From contig OZ024740.1 in assembly GCA_964016885.1 (NCBI GenBank), forward strand, positions 264,058,001 to 264,122,000: a stretch of DNA of 64,000 nt, given 5' to 3'. The notes beneath the pieces are model-generated. The model saw nothing but the letters and a program-made list of their open reading frames with translations. It was not told the DNA's origin and made no database searches. Positions 40,800 through 54,527 of this stretch are shown one piece after another (the stretch's first letter is position 1; every line of letters begins with the position of its first letter). Origin of the DNA: Eledone cirrhosa (Eukaryota). The position numbers were made by a program, and so were the translations under genes.

Positions 40800-43700
40800 T
40801 ATTAGATGCAAAATCTTTGGAATGTTTTACATATTTTTGCTGTTCCATTAATGGATTCTACTTGTAATTTCCTGACTAGCTGTGTTCTTCCTGTTCATGT
40901 GAAGCCTAGTTTCGGAAGATTTGTATTGAGGCAGTTGCTAACATACCCCAGGCATAAATCTGAAGGTATAGTCAGGGTGGCGTATCTGTGGATATCTCAT
41001 CAGTTCTGCATAAATATTTTCCTTTTCACTAATCTTCGATATTATATTGGCATCTGCTGGGCAGTTATCTTCCATTACTCTGCATGCTTTCTTTTCTCTG
41101 TCCCATATCATAATATCTGGTCTGTTATGCCTGCATTTAATTGGTGTTTTTACTGGAACATTCCACCAGTACTCTTTCATATTACTATATGGATGACTCC
41201 ACATTGCTGTAGCTTTTAATGTGTTTATTATCGGGGCTATCCTTTCTACGGAATGTATTGTACAGTGTTTTGGCCACTACACCATGCCTCATAGGCAGAT
41301 AGTACCGCGATGACATCTTTGGACAGCTGCTGATGACGTGGGTGACATCTGCGATGTTATTTCTGCAGGGTATGCACTTGTTATCACATCTAGGTGTCTT
41401 GCCTGCATCCCTATCTCTTTTGTGAACCAGGTATTTCGTGTTAATTTCCTGATCTTGGATTGCAAAAGCGTATCCTTAAAAGTGGGGGCCAATATAGCGG
41501 TTGTTGGTCCAAGATAGACTACTTTCCTTATCTATATTACTCTCACTGAGGAGCTTCCTGGCAACATAGCCATGCATGATTTTTTTCTGATAAGCATGAT
41601 GTTTTTCATCCATGGATTCACTGCAATACTGCTGAGCGACTTCCCTGGGTGTGAGTATTTGATTATCACACAGGGAATATCTCGCGAGGAGTTCCTTCCC
41701 AACTCACACGATCTTATCTGTTTCATGCAGATAGACTTGCTCGAGAGACGGGCTCTTACGCTTCGAGGTTCATAGATGTTATCGGAAGGATATGATGCGA
41801 CATTCAAATGCTGTCTGGACTGATGTTAGGCCTCTGCCTCCCTGCTTACGTTTGAAGAAAAGACGGTCTATGTCACTGTTGATGTGGAAGTTTCCGCTGT
41901 TGTTTAGTATTTTTCGAGTTCTAACATCAACTGCTCTGATTTCGTCTATCGTCCAATTGAGTATTCCAAACGTTGGTGTTAGTACAGGCACAGCAAACAC
42001 ATTGTGAGCCACTGTTTTGTTTTACGCAGAGAATTCCGATTACCAAATCTTTCTTAATCGGGTGTAGTATTCCCTGGTTATGCGTTCCTTATTACAGATA
42101 CGATTATAGGATACTATCCCCAGGTATCTGTAGCAGTCCTCATCAGATATCGGTGAAAGAGTTAGGCCATTAATGACAATGTTGCTAGAATGGGTTGTTG
42201 TTTTTCCCCGCTTTACAGTCATATATGAGCATTTATCTTGGCCAAACTCCATTCCTATATCCGTTGAGAACGTTGTAACCAGATAAATATTTTTCTTCAT
42301 CCCATCCATGTTCTTGCCATAGAGTTTCAGATCATCCACAAAGAAATTATGGGTTAGGTTCGTATTTCTGTCCTCCTGTGAGCCAATGATGTATCCTTCA
42401 CATTTCTTGAGTAGAAAGGACAAGGAGTTTAATGACAGGATGAAGAATATCACAGAGAAACTGTCTCCCTGAAATATACCCCTGCGATATTTTATTTTAT
42501 CAATGAACATAGAGTCCTCCTTCTCCGTCTTTAACCTTAGGATAGTAGCCTAAGAAGAAGACATCTTCTCTATGGCTCTGATAATAATGTCTATGTCTTT
42601 AAAAAGTTGGAGGGCCTCTATCATCCAAGAGTGGGGAAGAGAATCGAAAGCTTTCCTGTAGTCCAGCCAGACTGTAACCATATTCCTCCAAAGTTGTCGC
42701 ACCTCGGACATCGCAGTTTTGTTGATTAGGAGTTGTTCAGCACATTCCAAAACTCCTGTCTTTCCAGCTACTTGTTCGCCAGTGATTTTGCAGGAATAGG
42801 TTCAGGAAGGCTGTATACATCTTATACATCAGATTTTAGCATGCAATGGGTCGGTAGTTTTGTGCCAAGTGGGTGTCTTTGTTCTTGGAGAGCAGTAATG
42901 TTTCTGTTAATGTCAACCATTCTGGTATAAGTGTATCTCCCTTAAGAACTTGTTGGTAGAAGTCAGTAAGATACCTCCGATAGAATATCATTTTTGTTTG
43001 TACCAGTAGCCGACAATCATGTCTCTTCCTGGTATTTTCTTATCTTGGAGTTTTCCTATCACAGTCTCAAGGGTACCCTCACTTATTTCTTATGTTTTTG
43101 TTATAGTGTAGGGGCAATAGTTCTTTCGGATTTCTTTTAGCCACACTGCATATTGGTTGAAATTCTTCTTTACACCCCATATTTTTCTCCCCAAAAAATC
43201 TATGTCTTTCTGGGATGGGGTCTCAGTGACACTTATTATTTTGCCCTTCATATCTCTATAGACTGATGTTTGGTTTCGTCTGACTCTTTTATTAAGCATT
43301 TTTCTTTCATCTGCCTTCTTCAAGTATCGGTGTTTTTCGCAAACACCTCTCAATTCTTCTTTATTCTGCTTATATTGAAGTGTTCTCGTTCGACTGTTAC
43401 CAAACATCGTCTCTATTTTATTTTTCGTCTCTATTTTATATTTCACTCTTTGTTGGTGAGGAGTGATGTTTTTTTGTGTTTGTTTGCATGAAAGGAACAT
43501 TGTCACATATCCTATGGTTTTTTGTAGGTCAGCAATCTTTTTTTCTATTTTAGTTATATATTACGGTAATTTTGGTGGTGTTTTGTTCTTGTTAATATCT
43601 CTGCTATCACCAAGATAATACTTCTCTGTCGTTGCTAAGGCATATAATCAGGCGTTGATTTGTCAAAATGTTGTTGTTTTTATCCGTCGTAAATATTCAT

Positions 43701-44650
43701 CCCCTATTTCGTCAATAACACGTAATATTTCATTATTTGTTTTGTTTTTTATTAAATATTGTTGTTTTAATACGTTCTGCAAGAGAGCTATTTATACATG
43801 AATTAATTTCTCTCTGGAAGATTTCGTTGAGGGAAATTTTCAATTCTTTATACTTTTGATTATTATCATTATCGATAGTATTTTCCACAATTGTCGAGGT
43901 AGACTCGGATGGTACACGTCGTGTCAAATATCTTCGATTATTAATATTATCGATAGTGTTTTCCCCATTATTCGAGGTAGACTTAGATGGTACACGTGGT
44001 GTCAAATTTCTTACAGGCATTGTTGTTTCAAGGCACTGTTCGACCTGGCTGCTAGGAAGCCTAGTAGCGTGGCGACCTGTAACACGTGTTGTTGATCTCA
44101 TGTTGGTTGTGGGGGACTTACAATTAATAATATTTATCTTATTTTTCCGTTCAATAAACGTCGCTTGTTGGCGTAATTGTTTCGCTGTGAAGTGATTTAG
44201 CTCTGGGTGTATTTCGTCCCAGTGTAACTTCATTCAGTTCATATAGCCAATGGAGGGATTGTTTTTTGCCATTTTATAACAATTAAATAAATCATCATTA
44301 AGTTCGCAACTCCAAGAAAAATGCGATTTATAATTTCGATTTCTTCTGTAGCTACAACTGAATACATTTTGTTTCCCTTTCTCGTTGTTTTTTTTCGGAA
44401 CTTCCTTAATGTAGTTGTTGTTTATATTGTGTTCGGCCATGTTGTTTGTAGCAAATCCTTGTAAAATGAATTATGTATTTAGTCGGATATCTCTACGAAT
44501 TCGAATAAAATGTGTCTTCAGTAGATAAAGTTAGAAGAATTTCCAGTTATTCAACATGACTGGTAGTTGTGGCATTACTGTCGGGGATAGTATTCATCTT
44601 AAATTTAATGAATAGTCTCCCACACCAAAATATGCGACTGATCAAGTTGA
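40800..44650 (-). mobile_element. Decayed R4/Dong-like non-LTR retrotransposon (single ORF: RT + CCHC + restriction-like endonuclease)
   Basis: EQLLINK..WLDYRKAFDSLPH, GIFQGDSFS, FFVDDLKLY, YRYLG, GGRGL, EYWWN..HNRPDIMIWD and Y.EL motifs. The ORF starts at about 44440 and has many frameshifts. Confidence 0.88.
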
Positions 44651-44689
44651 CTGATTATGTATGTATGCATGTATGTAAGTATGTATGCA

Positions 44690-45140
44690 AAGGAGCTCTT
44701 AAGAGTCAATGGCCATCCAAAATCACCGGGAGAGATGACCCCTTAGCCTTTGTCAAGGCAGAATTCTAGGAGAAGGAAAACTCTGATATAACACCTGCAA
44801 CTCTGATGGTATCCAATTATGTTGACTTGTTCTTCTTTTTGGTAAATATCATCTTGGTTAAGAGAGTGGGACTGGCTTTGTGCAGTGCCTTTGCTCACTA
44901 TAAAAGCTTCACGGCACAGGCATTGCTTTATATCTGGAGATCTCTCTGCACTTGTCGTGACATGGTACCATGGGCCCAGCACTATGTGTCAATAATTGTC
45001 ACAAGTGTAGTGTTTGTACCCGAGTTTTCAAGTCGTTGGCTGGACTGAAAAGTCACACTCGTTTAGCGCATCAGTAGGGGTTCTCCTACATGGATATAAA
45101 GTAGTGGCCGTACTCGAAAACGAGTTGGCAGCCACCATGT
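44690..45140 (+). mobile_element. Bipartite non-autonomous RTE-derived element (5'UTR joined to 3' hairpin tail)
   Basis: RTE 5'UTR-type motifs ctaggagaaggaaaactctgat and acggcacaggc. 3' hairpin gtggc..ctcg aaaa cgag..gccac followed by (ATGT)n. Confidence 0.6.
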
Positions 45141-45156
45141 ATGTATGTATGTATCA

Positions 45157-45558
45157 AGGGGCGGAAGAAATCAGGAGAGTCAACGGCCTTCAGATAAAGT
45201 ATTGTTATTTTGGTGAAGCGAGAGACTCCTTATCTTCATTAAGACATCTCTCAAGAAGGTCACTCTGATATATAACCTTCGACTTCGTTTGCATCCAATG
45301 ATGTAGACCCGTTCATCTTTTTGGGTAAATGCATTCGATGTTCAGAGAGTGGGGTTGGCTCCAAGCAAAGCCTTTCCTAACTTCAAAAAGGCTCAAACAC
45401 AGGCATTGCTTGACATGGAACATTCTTTTTGCGATGCATGACATAGCTAGATATATGCAAGTCTCTTGCAGCACTAGGAAACCACGTCCGTGATGCTCAT
45501 GCTTAAGTATCAAGTGATGGCATTATTCGAAATCGAGGTGCAGCCATGATGTATGTAT
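45157..45558 (+). mobile_element. Second, diverged bipartite RTE-derived element (inverted 3' fragment at 46407-46545)
   Basis: gagtcaacggcc, agaaggtcactctgat and acacaggcattgc parallel the previous element. 3' hairpin atggc..tcgaaatcga..gccat followed by (ATGT)n. Confidence 0.6.
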
Positions 45559-46284
45559 CTTTCTCTCTCTACTTCTATATATATATAAAACATGAGAAGA
45601 AAGAAGAATACTGCGTGGTTGCACATGGGTTACATATGATAAAATTATTCCTTCGCCAGTGATTTGCCAACCATCATTGATACTTCATCGCATTAAAAAT
45701 CATATACCTCAGGTTGGTGCGAGCAATAACCAAAAAAAGCTATTGGGACAAGTAAATCGCGTAAAGGGAGTGAGACAAATAAACAACATAGAAGGATGAA
45801 AGCAACGCAAAGATGGGAATAAACAAGCAGCATGGTTATCCGGTCAGCATAAGCTGGGTGGATTTCATGAGCGATCAAGATACAGACCGTCCGACGTGAG
45901 TGAGATGTGAGCAAGAAGAGAACCCACTACTAGCCAAACGGGAGGAAGTGAGAAGGGGAGAAACAGAGAGTGAGTGAGTGGAAGTGTATATATATATATA
46001 TATATATATATCGTGAAATTAATAAACATTCGTTGTACTGCCTCTCTGTTTTGTCCCTGTTCAAATTTTTCCATTATATATATATTTAGAAACACACAGA
46101 TAGATGCGGACACACACATATATACACGAGTGCATCCGCACCCAACTGTGAGTTAAGGACTCTATGTCTTTGATATATTGTTTTTGTTTATGCCACGAAA
46201 CTACGTAGTCGAGGAATTTAGGAACAGTTTGGGTATGTTACATTTTATTACTAATTATATCTAAATGTTTCTTCTCTCTTCATA

Positions 46285-46387
<103 letters not shown>

Positions 46388-46946
46388 CAGAAGTAGAGAG
46401 AGAGATACATACATCATGGATGCACCTCGATTTCGAATAATGCCATCACTTGATACTTAAGTATGAGCATCACGGACGTGACTTCCTAGTGCTGCAAGAG
46501 ACTTGCATATGGCCAGCTATGTCATGCATCGCATAAAGAATGTTCCATATATATGCATGTTTCTTTCACCTGTGTCTTCCCACGATTGGATCTGTACACT
46601 TTGTTTTCTTCTATTCCTTTCCTATTTTCCCCTTCTTCCTCTCTCCTCAGCCCCCCCCCCCCCTGTTCTTCCTCCTTTCCCTCTCTTTCCTTTTCTCTCT
46701 CTTTTTTTTTCTCTCTTTCTCTCTCCTTTTCCACCTGTCCTTTGGATTAATAAAAAACCTCGCGCGCACCCGAACTACACCGATGTCCTGTAATTCAGCG
46801 CCGAAACATCGGTTCGGGATATATTTACAGCTGACGATGGAAACTCCTTTCTTACTTTCTCCTCCTGTTCCGTCCTAACCACCGTCCTAAACCCTATATA
46901 TATACTGTGTATATATATATAAAAATATATATATTTATATATATAT

Positions 46947-47300
46947 ATAAACGGAAAAAATGAAACGAAATTTCATTTCCCACTCTTAGTACGACCGATT
47001 AACCCACCCGATATGCATAAGGTAAATATATATGTTCAGCAATCTGGCAGGAAGGTATACGTTGCTGACGATAGCTATTAAGCTTGAAACTAGTACAGCG
47101 TTCCTATGTCAGTGTTGAACAAACGAGCAACGATGGTTGCTAGACACTACGGCTTAATACGGGATGTTTGTTTAGAAACACACCGAGCATTATAATAAAT
47201 GTTCGGTGAATCTATACGTGCATGCATATATATGTGCACGTATGTATATATATACATACTACTGTACGTGTGTATACATATATGAATGTACGTGTACATA
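46947..47300 (+). repeat. Dispersed, internally inverted copy of the 428-bp hammerhead repeat
   Basis: 46947-46993 is in the array orientation and 46994-47300 is its reverse complement. Confidence 0.85.
47059..47101 (+). ncRNA. Minimal type I hammerhead ribozyme
   Basis: acgttg-CTGACGA-tagct atta agctt-GAAA-cta-GTA-cagcgt; differs from the array copies only in loop II. Confidence 0.85.
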
Positions 47301-47306
47301 CTTATA

Positions 47307-47489
<183 letters not shown>

Positions 47490-47778
47490 CAAAATATTGA
47501 CAAATGAAGATATTCACATAATCAAAATATATGCTTTATTATATATATTACGAAGGTACTGTGTTGTTTTTTCAGTACGCCCACCTCATATAAAATATAT
47601 GATTTGATATATGATATACTCTACGGTCTTGATATTTCAATTCCAGTATATATATATATAGTGAATATCATTTCACACCTTTTATTGTTAAGATTGTTGA
47701 TGTTCTATTAAGAGAACCGATTTTACTGAAAAAATCGAATAATGTACACCATTTTACCAGGGAAAAAAAAATACTGGT

Positions 47779-47819
<41 letters not shown>

Positions 47820-47994
47820 CACACACACATACACACGCGTACATCAACATACAAAGAGACTTATATATACACACACACACGCACTTCTCCGTATAAGACA
47901 AAAGCTGAAAAATATATTTTGACATGCTAAAATACCCCCCATTGCTTTCAGACACATTCTTACTGACCATCCCTGCCACCACGAATTACTCTGC

Positions 47995-48087
<93 letters not shown>

Positions 48088-48159
48088 ATCTTAATAGCCA
48101 TTTGACACACATCGCTGCTAACCATTATCACAACATCGAACACCTTACTACCACTACTA

Positions 48160-48224
<65 letters not shown>

Positions 48225-48246
48225 TTGTGAAAGAGTCATTTCTCAA

Positions 48247-48463
48247 TCTTGGCGCAAAACCAATTTGTTATTCACATGACCTCTACCGACCAATCAAAAT
48301 TGTTTTGACCACAAGAACTTTTGCTGGAGCCACTTTTTTAACATAAAAACAGTCTTGGCGCAAAATCAATTTTTTACATTCACATGACCTCTACCGACCA
48401 ATCAAAATTGTTTTGACCACAAGAATTTTTGCAAATTGGAGCCACTTTTTTAACATAAAAACA
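48247..48463. repeat. Tandem duplication of ~106 bp
   Basis: tcttggcgcaaaa.caattt...ttcacatgacctctaccgaccaatcaaaattgttttgaccacaagaa...ggagccacttttttaacataaaaaca, twice. Confidence 0.9.
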
Positions 48464-48702
48464 TGTAGAATTCCCCAAACTAATCAGATCAGAGCAAACA
48501 GCACGGACACTCTATCTCAAAATTATTTTAGAAAAGCATTTAGAAATGCGCAACCGGTAAAAACTTAAAAACTTAAAACCACAAATGAATACTAACCCAT
48601 ACAATCACTAATACTCTTTTATTCCTAAATAAACCATTTTTCAACTGTGAACAATTTGTCAGCATTTTCTATTCCGTTTACCAATATATATATATATATA
48701 TA

Positions 48703-49192
48703 AAACGGAGGAAATGTGGTAAGGAACCAGGTGGACCATAACGCACCAAAGTACTCAATACTTAGGGTAGTAGAGTGGGTAATAAGAACGAGTAGAACCC
48801 CCACGGCTGAGCTCAAGCCGTTTCGACGGCTAATTCTGGACTAAATGAAAATTTTTATCCTGATATTTGAATAGCTGAGCTTCTCAAGGGGTAATTCCAT
48901 ATATGGTAAAAGTGATTATCAACGCAAGACTGGGTCTCCTCGTCCCCCCCCCTTTCCCTCTTTCTCCTACTGGCAGGTTCAGCTACCCCTTCCCTCCACA
49001 AATTGCCATCATAGAATTATTATGTCTCAACAACAAACTTTTGACCAATCCTTGTGACAATCACTTTTACCATATATGGAATTACCCCTTGAGAAGCTCG
49101 GCTATTCAAATACCAGGATAAATATTTTCATTTAGTCCAGAATTAGCCGTTGAAACGGCTTGAGCTCAACCGTCGGGGTCCTACTCGTTCCT
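48703..49192. repeat. Fold-back copy of the Penelope terminal-repeat family
   Basis: 48783-48920 is inverted at 49058-49192; flanked by (TA)n. Confidence 0.85.
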
Positions 49193-49204
49193 ATATATAT
49201 ATAT

Positions 49205-51845
49205 ACATGGATGGGTGGGTCTGCTAGATTTATTGAAGGCAGGAAACAATGATATAAGCCTTTTTCTGCATAGGTTGTGATAGCGGGCTGTGTGGTGTTG
49301 GAATTATGTTAGCAGAAAATGGGCAGACAAGGTAATTGCTGTAGATAGAGTGAATAACAGAATTATTAGAATAAGATTAGTACTAAATAATACAACTGTA
49401 TCAATTATTTCTGCTTATGCACCCCAATCAGGACGTTACTAAAGACAGGTTCTATGAGTCTCTAATTCTCACTACCTCCCAGATACACAACAGTGACTAT
49501 ATAATTATTGCTGGCGATCTTAATGGTCATGTTGGACAACATTGTGATGGCTATGATGGTGTCCATTGAGGTTATGGGTTTGGTACTAGAAAGGAGGAAG
49601 GCTTCAGGATCCTTGAATTCTGTGATGCAAATGACCTGACTGTCTGCTGCCCAAACTTCGAAAAAACGTGACAGTCATTTGATCACGTATAGATCAGGGG
49701 AGCACACCAGCCAGATATACTTTATCCTTATTAGGAAACGGGACAAAGTGTCAGTTTTGAACACTAAGTCCCTCCCTCGCGAAGAATGCGCAACATAATT
49801 TAACAGTAAGTGACTTCATAGTCAGGGCCAGACGTAATTGCCGACAGAAGAATACCTTATTGAGAAGATTATGGAAGTTGAAGAACCCCATAGCCAGTAA
49901 AAAATTCAAAGGCATATTACTTGATGCTTTTGATAGTGAGGAAGAGAAATTAGCGTCATACGATATAGAGGAACAATGGGGATTCCTGAAAGTTAACCTG
50001 TTGAAGGCGACTGACGAAATCTGAGGCTGGTGCAGACCTTTCGGCAAGAGGAGAGGGACATGTTGGTGGAACAGTCAGGTGGAGGAGTCCATCATGGGCA
50101 AACAGCAGGCGTAGAAAGGATGGCAGGATGGGGGTTGTAGAGAACTCTATTGGGTAGCTAGGAGAGAAGTTAGACAACAAGTATACCTTGCAAAGAGAGA
50201 AGCAGAGGATAGTAAGTTCAAGCATATTCTACAACGGGAGGACCAAAGACGTAAGATATTCACGATTGCGAGCAATGTGTCAAGGAGAACTGTGATATTG
50301 TCGGGGAGACGTGTGTCCGTAATGACGAAAGTATACTTGCCCTTATTGATAGTGATAAGAAGGTAGCTTGGAAGTGTCACTACGAGAGACTATTGGATGA
50401 GGAGAATGAATGGAATAAAGATAGTCTGCCCCATATTGATCCAACAGAAGGACCAGCTGTGCAAGTTGATAGTAGTGTAGTAAGTAAGGCAATCAAAATT
50501 ATGAAGACAGGCAAGGCAGCTGAGCCTTCCGGGATAGTTGCTGAAATGTTGAAGGTATCTTGAATGATGGGACATACTATCGTCACCCGGATAATAAACC
50601 AAGTAAAACAGAATGGGGCCATACTAAATGACTGGTGTAGAAGCATCATCACCAAATGTTACAAGGGCAAAGGAGACGCCCTGGATAGAGGAAACTATAG
50701 TGGTATTAAATTAGTTGACCAAATCATGAAAGTCACAGAAAGAGTTATTACTCAAATGATTTGAGACCAAATTGATCTAGATGAAATGCAGTTTGGGTTT
50801 GTGCCAGGTAAAATTACCGCGGCAATTGCAGCAGAAGTACCTGGTTAACAGTAAACCCCTCTACTTAGCGTTTGTTGACTTGGGTTTAAGACCGACTGCC
50901 CATGGGAACTTCTATATGCAGTTCATCTAACTCTCATAGCTGAATCTATGGCAGAACTAGGGAGGAAGTACCAAACATGGAAGCATGGCCTTGAATCATA
51001 TGGCCTTAGACTCAACTAGTCTAAGACTAAGGTTCTAGTATGCAAAAATGAGAATAGGGCACAGGTACCCTCTGGGAAGTGGCCATGCTCAGTGTGTAAG
51101 AAAGGAGTAGGCAGAAACTCAATTCTATGTCCCAAATGTAAATTATAGGTACATACAAGATGTGGTTGGATCAGGGGTAAGCTATCTAAGAATGTAGATT
51201 TTATGTTTTGCCGATGCTCAGGTGCAGTAAGTAGCAAGGACCCACTGGATGATATCTCCTTCAACTGCCCAGATGGTTCTATAGAAATAGTAGATCCCTT
51301 CCGTTATCTGGGTGACAAAATCAGCAGTGGAGGAGGGTGCTCTGAAAGTGTAGTAGCCAGAGTTAGAACGGAATGGAACAAGTTCAGAGAGCTAATACCG
51401 CTGTTGGCCACAAGGGGTTTTCTAATAATGAAAGGCAGAGTGAATGATGTATGTATATGAACGGCTTTGTGTGCTGAAGACCTGCGTAGATTAGAAAGAA
51501 ATAAAGCTTGCATGCTCCGATGGACGTGTAATAGTAATGTGCGCGAAAGGCGAAGCATAAAGGAACTAAGAAGGAGACTAACCATAAGAGGTACCAAATG
51601 TTGTGTTCTGGAGAGGAGATTGCGTTGGTATGGACATGTGATGCGTTTGAAGGACGACAGCTGTATAAAAAAGTGTAGGGCAATGAAAATTGATGGAAGC
51701 TGCGGAGTGGGTAGACCAAGAAAAACCTAGGACGAGGTGATAAAAACTAACCTTGCCCACCTACACCTCTCGAAGACAATGACACTAGATCGAGACCTTT
51801 GGCGCCATGCAGTTGTACAGAAAACCCGACTACCATTGTATACAA
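49205..51845 (+). mobile_element. Decayed RTE-clade LINE ORF (APE + partly deleted RT with PHD-like Zn finger)
   Basis: IISAYAPQ, IIAGDLNGHVG, KGKGDALDRGNYSGIKL, QFGFVPG, LAFVDL, PWELLYA, KWPCSVCKKGVGRNSILCPKCKL*VHTRC, FRYLG and RLRWYGHVMR...GRPRKT. Confidence 0.88.
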
Positions 51846-51944
51846 ACCTACAGTCAGTAGGCACCTCTTAACTCAATGTACACCCCACCGACACACCCTA
51901 CCCCGTCATCCCTCTCCCGTTCCATCCACTGTGTCAATGACACA

Positions 51945-52045
51945 GCAGTCCACACTGTAAGGTGTCTGTATAGGAGACACGGTGAAAAGGCTCCCAGTCC
52001 ACACTGTAAATGTGGTTGGTGTTAGGAAGGGCATCCAGCTGTCCT
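51945..52045 (+). repeat. Fragment of a dispersed retroposon-derived repeat
   Basis: Duplicated cagtccacactgtaa, and gtggttggtgttaggaagggcatccagc (RTE/SINE-type motif). Confidence 0.4.
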
Positions 52046-52174
52046 TCATATATATATATAGAAACATCAAGCTGTCCTTCATATATATATATAGAAACCC
52101 TACTTTTTGTCCTTTAGATTTTTATTTTTTTCTGTTCAAACCTGCATTGTCATGGCTTTCCAACCCCCGCCACT

Positions 52175-52205
<31 letters not shown>

Positions 52206-52533
52206 CTCTCTATCTATCTATCTCTCACTCTCTCTCTCCCTCTCTCTCTCTCCGTCTCTCTCTCTCTCACTCACCCTCTCTCCGTTAAAAGCACTCGATT
52301 CTGGGTTGCCACTCGTTTGGTGTTATTACACATTTAAGGCGGCTGTAGTGTGCAGAGTGTAAATAAGACACAGTGCTTTTGTCATATAAACTCACACATC
52401 TGGTGAGATGACGCAGAAGCGTCAGGCCCATGTCATTATGATTGTACCCTGAGCTGATCAATATTGAAACGATTGTAATAGGCCAGCAAAGTTTATGTAA
52501 ATGCTGCAACAATGACTTTAATCTTACTTAACT

Positions 52534-52589
<56 letters not shown>

Positions 52590-53736
52590 CACACACTCAA
52601 ACACAGGCACAGACATGTAAACGAACACAAACCCACAAAACCACATACACATATATCTGGTTTAATGTCTTATCTGTCGGGCTACTAAATGTTTGTTTAA
52701 GTGGTGCCACATCTGGGGTATGACCCTGGCATATACGCTTTAATGAATTCCTATTATTCATGCACGACATTCTTCTGTCGATATGTAGCTGAGTAATTTT
52801 GCCTGGAGTATCTGCTAGCTCTCATCCGTGCAAAAGTTGCATGTTGTCTTTATAATCCGCATACGATATGCTTTATATAATGTGTTCCATGGTTTGTTGT
52901 TTTGGTAAGCACTTGCTATCTGGTTTTAGCTTTAGATTGTCAAAACCGCATCAAGGTTTTTCGTAGAGTTCCAAAATGTCTGATTCTGCTATAAGCCATG
53001 TTGGAGCATGACCGGCCATCCTAATAAGAACAGACATCGGTTTTTTGCAACCACATATCTACCCGAAGAAAATGGTTCCTTAAATGTAAACGAAACACCG
53101 CTCTGAAATATATTAATAGGATTGACTCAAACTGTTCATTTCCATGTCATAGCATGATTGGAATTGAATGACAGAAACTAATTACAAAGTAAAACAAAAC
53201 CATTTTTTAAAAAACGCTTAGACACCAAATAAGTAACTGTTTCTAGTATTTTATGCTGCATACGCTTCCACAAAGCTATGTGCATTATCAGCGATATAAC
53301 TTGTTACAATGCGTTTAGAATAGATGCCGCCAGCAACATTAATCAAGTAAGAAAATAACAATGAGTTCAAAGAAAATAGATAAAAAGGAAATGTTATTCT
53401 AATGGTTCACGGCTAATCAGTATAAACGTTTAGTGTTGTATTTCTATGATTAGAGTCGAGAAAATATTTCTCTATGTGAACTAAACAGGTGCAATTGTAT
53501 AATATACATTACTTTTGGTACAGCACTTTCTTAGTATACAGAAGCAAAGGAATTCAAAATAGTGAATATTATTTTATAGATTTCTTAGTCAAATATATTA
53601 TATTTATATAATCAACTAGGTATATTTCTCAATGTGATCACGTATTCTGCAATTTGAAATTGCATACATATATTCATACATATATATATACATATATTCA
53701 TGCATTCATATGTTCATACACACACACACATACATA

Positions 53737-53853
<117 letters not shown>

Positions 53854-53926
53854 ATATATATGTATGTATATATATGAGAGACGTAAAATAAGAAAATTAT
53901 ACAATTAACTTACTTACTAAAATTTC

Positions 53927-54008
53927 ACTCCCAACTAATTAGTTTCTGAAATGGAATAAATATACTTTCCGAAGAAAATATGGAAAATCATTTCGTCGTC
54001 AGGGAAGT
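53927..54008 (-). ncRNA. Type I hammerhead ribozyme with extended stem II
   Basis: acttcc-CTGACGA-c gaaatg[~40 nt]catttc a-GAAA-ctaattag-TT-gggagt; stem III palindrome ACTAATTAGT. Confidence 0.75.
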
Positions 54009-54446
54009 CTCTTCTCAGCTAAGTATCCAGGCAAAGCGTGGACTCTGGAAACTTATTCAAAAATAATTCAGTGGATAGAAAATAGCAAAGCGTGGACTGA
54101 ACTCCTAGCCATTGAGAAAATCACTGCCTCTGCGTCGGTGACAAATTCAAAAAGAATCAATCACGTGACATCGAGGTCAATCAGTGGAAAGTGGTTTGTT
54201 AATAAGACAGCGGCCTGCCTGCTACCATAGCAGCAGTCTTGGCCAATATTGCTCGACAAATAATTTGGAGATAATTATAAAGAATTAATATCTAGTAACA
54301 TATATATATAGATACAGATGCATATCAATGCTAGCAAATATATAGGTTTTGTCTTAGTAACTTTGTGGTTCAATGCATGGGGTTGCAGAACCATAATATG
54401 AGAGACGTAAAATAAGAAAATTATAAAATTAACTTACTAAAATTTC

Positions 54447-54527
54447 ACTCCCAACTAATTAGTTTCTGAAATGGAATAAATATACTTTCGGAAGAAAATA
54501 TGGAGAAGCATTTCGTCGTCAGGGAAG
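54447..54527 (-). ncRNA. Second copy of the extended-stem-II hammerhead
   Basis: cttcc-CTGACGA-cgaaatg...catttca-GAAA-ctaattag-TT-gggag. Confidence 0.75.

Noticed and set aside
45050-45140. Possible minus-strand HDV-like ribozyme (P1 gtggctg/cggccac, GCTAA, P2 actcgt/acgagt)
   Set aside because: The P3/L3 segment is too short and lacks the canonical sequence. It is better explained as the plus-strand 3' hairpin of an RTE-derived element.
46765-46820. GC-rich hairpin containing GAAACATC
   Set aside because: No intact CUGANGA in register; cannot be called a ribozyme.
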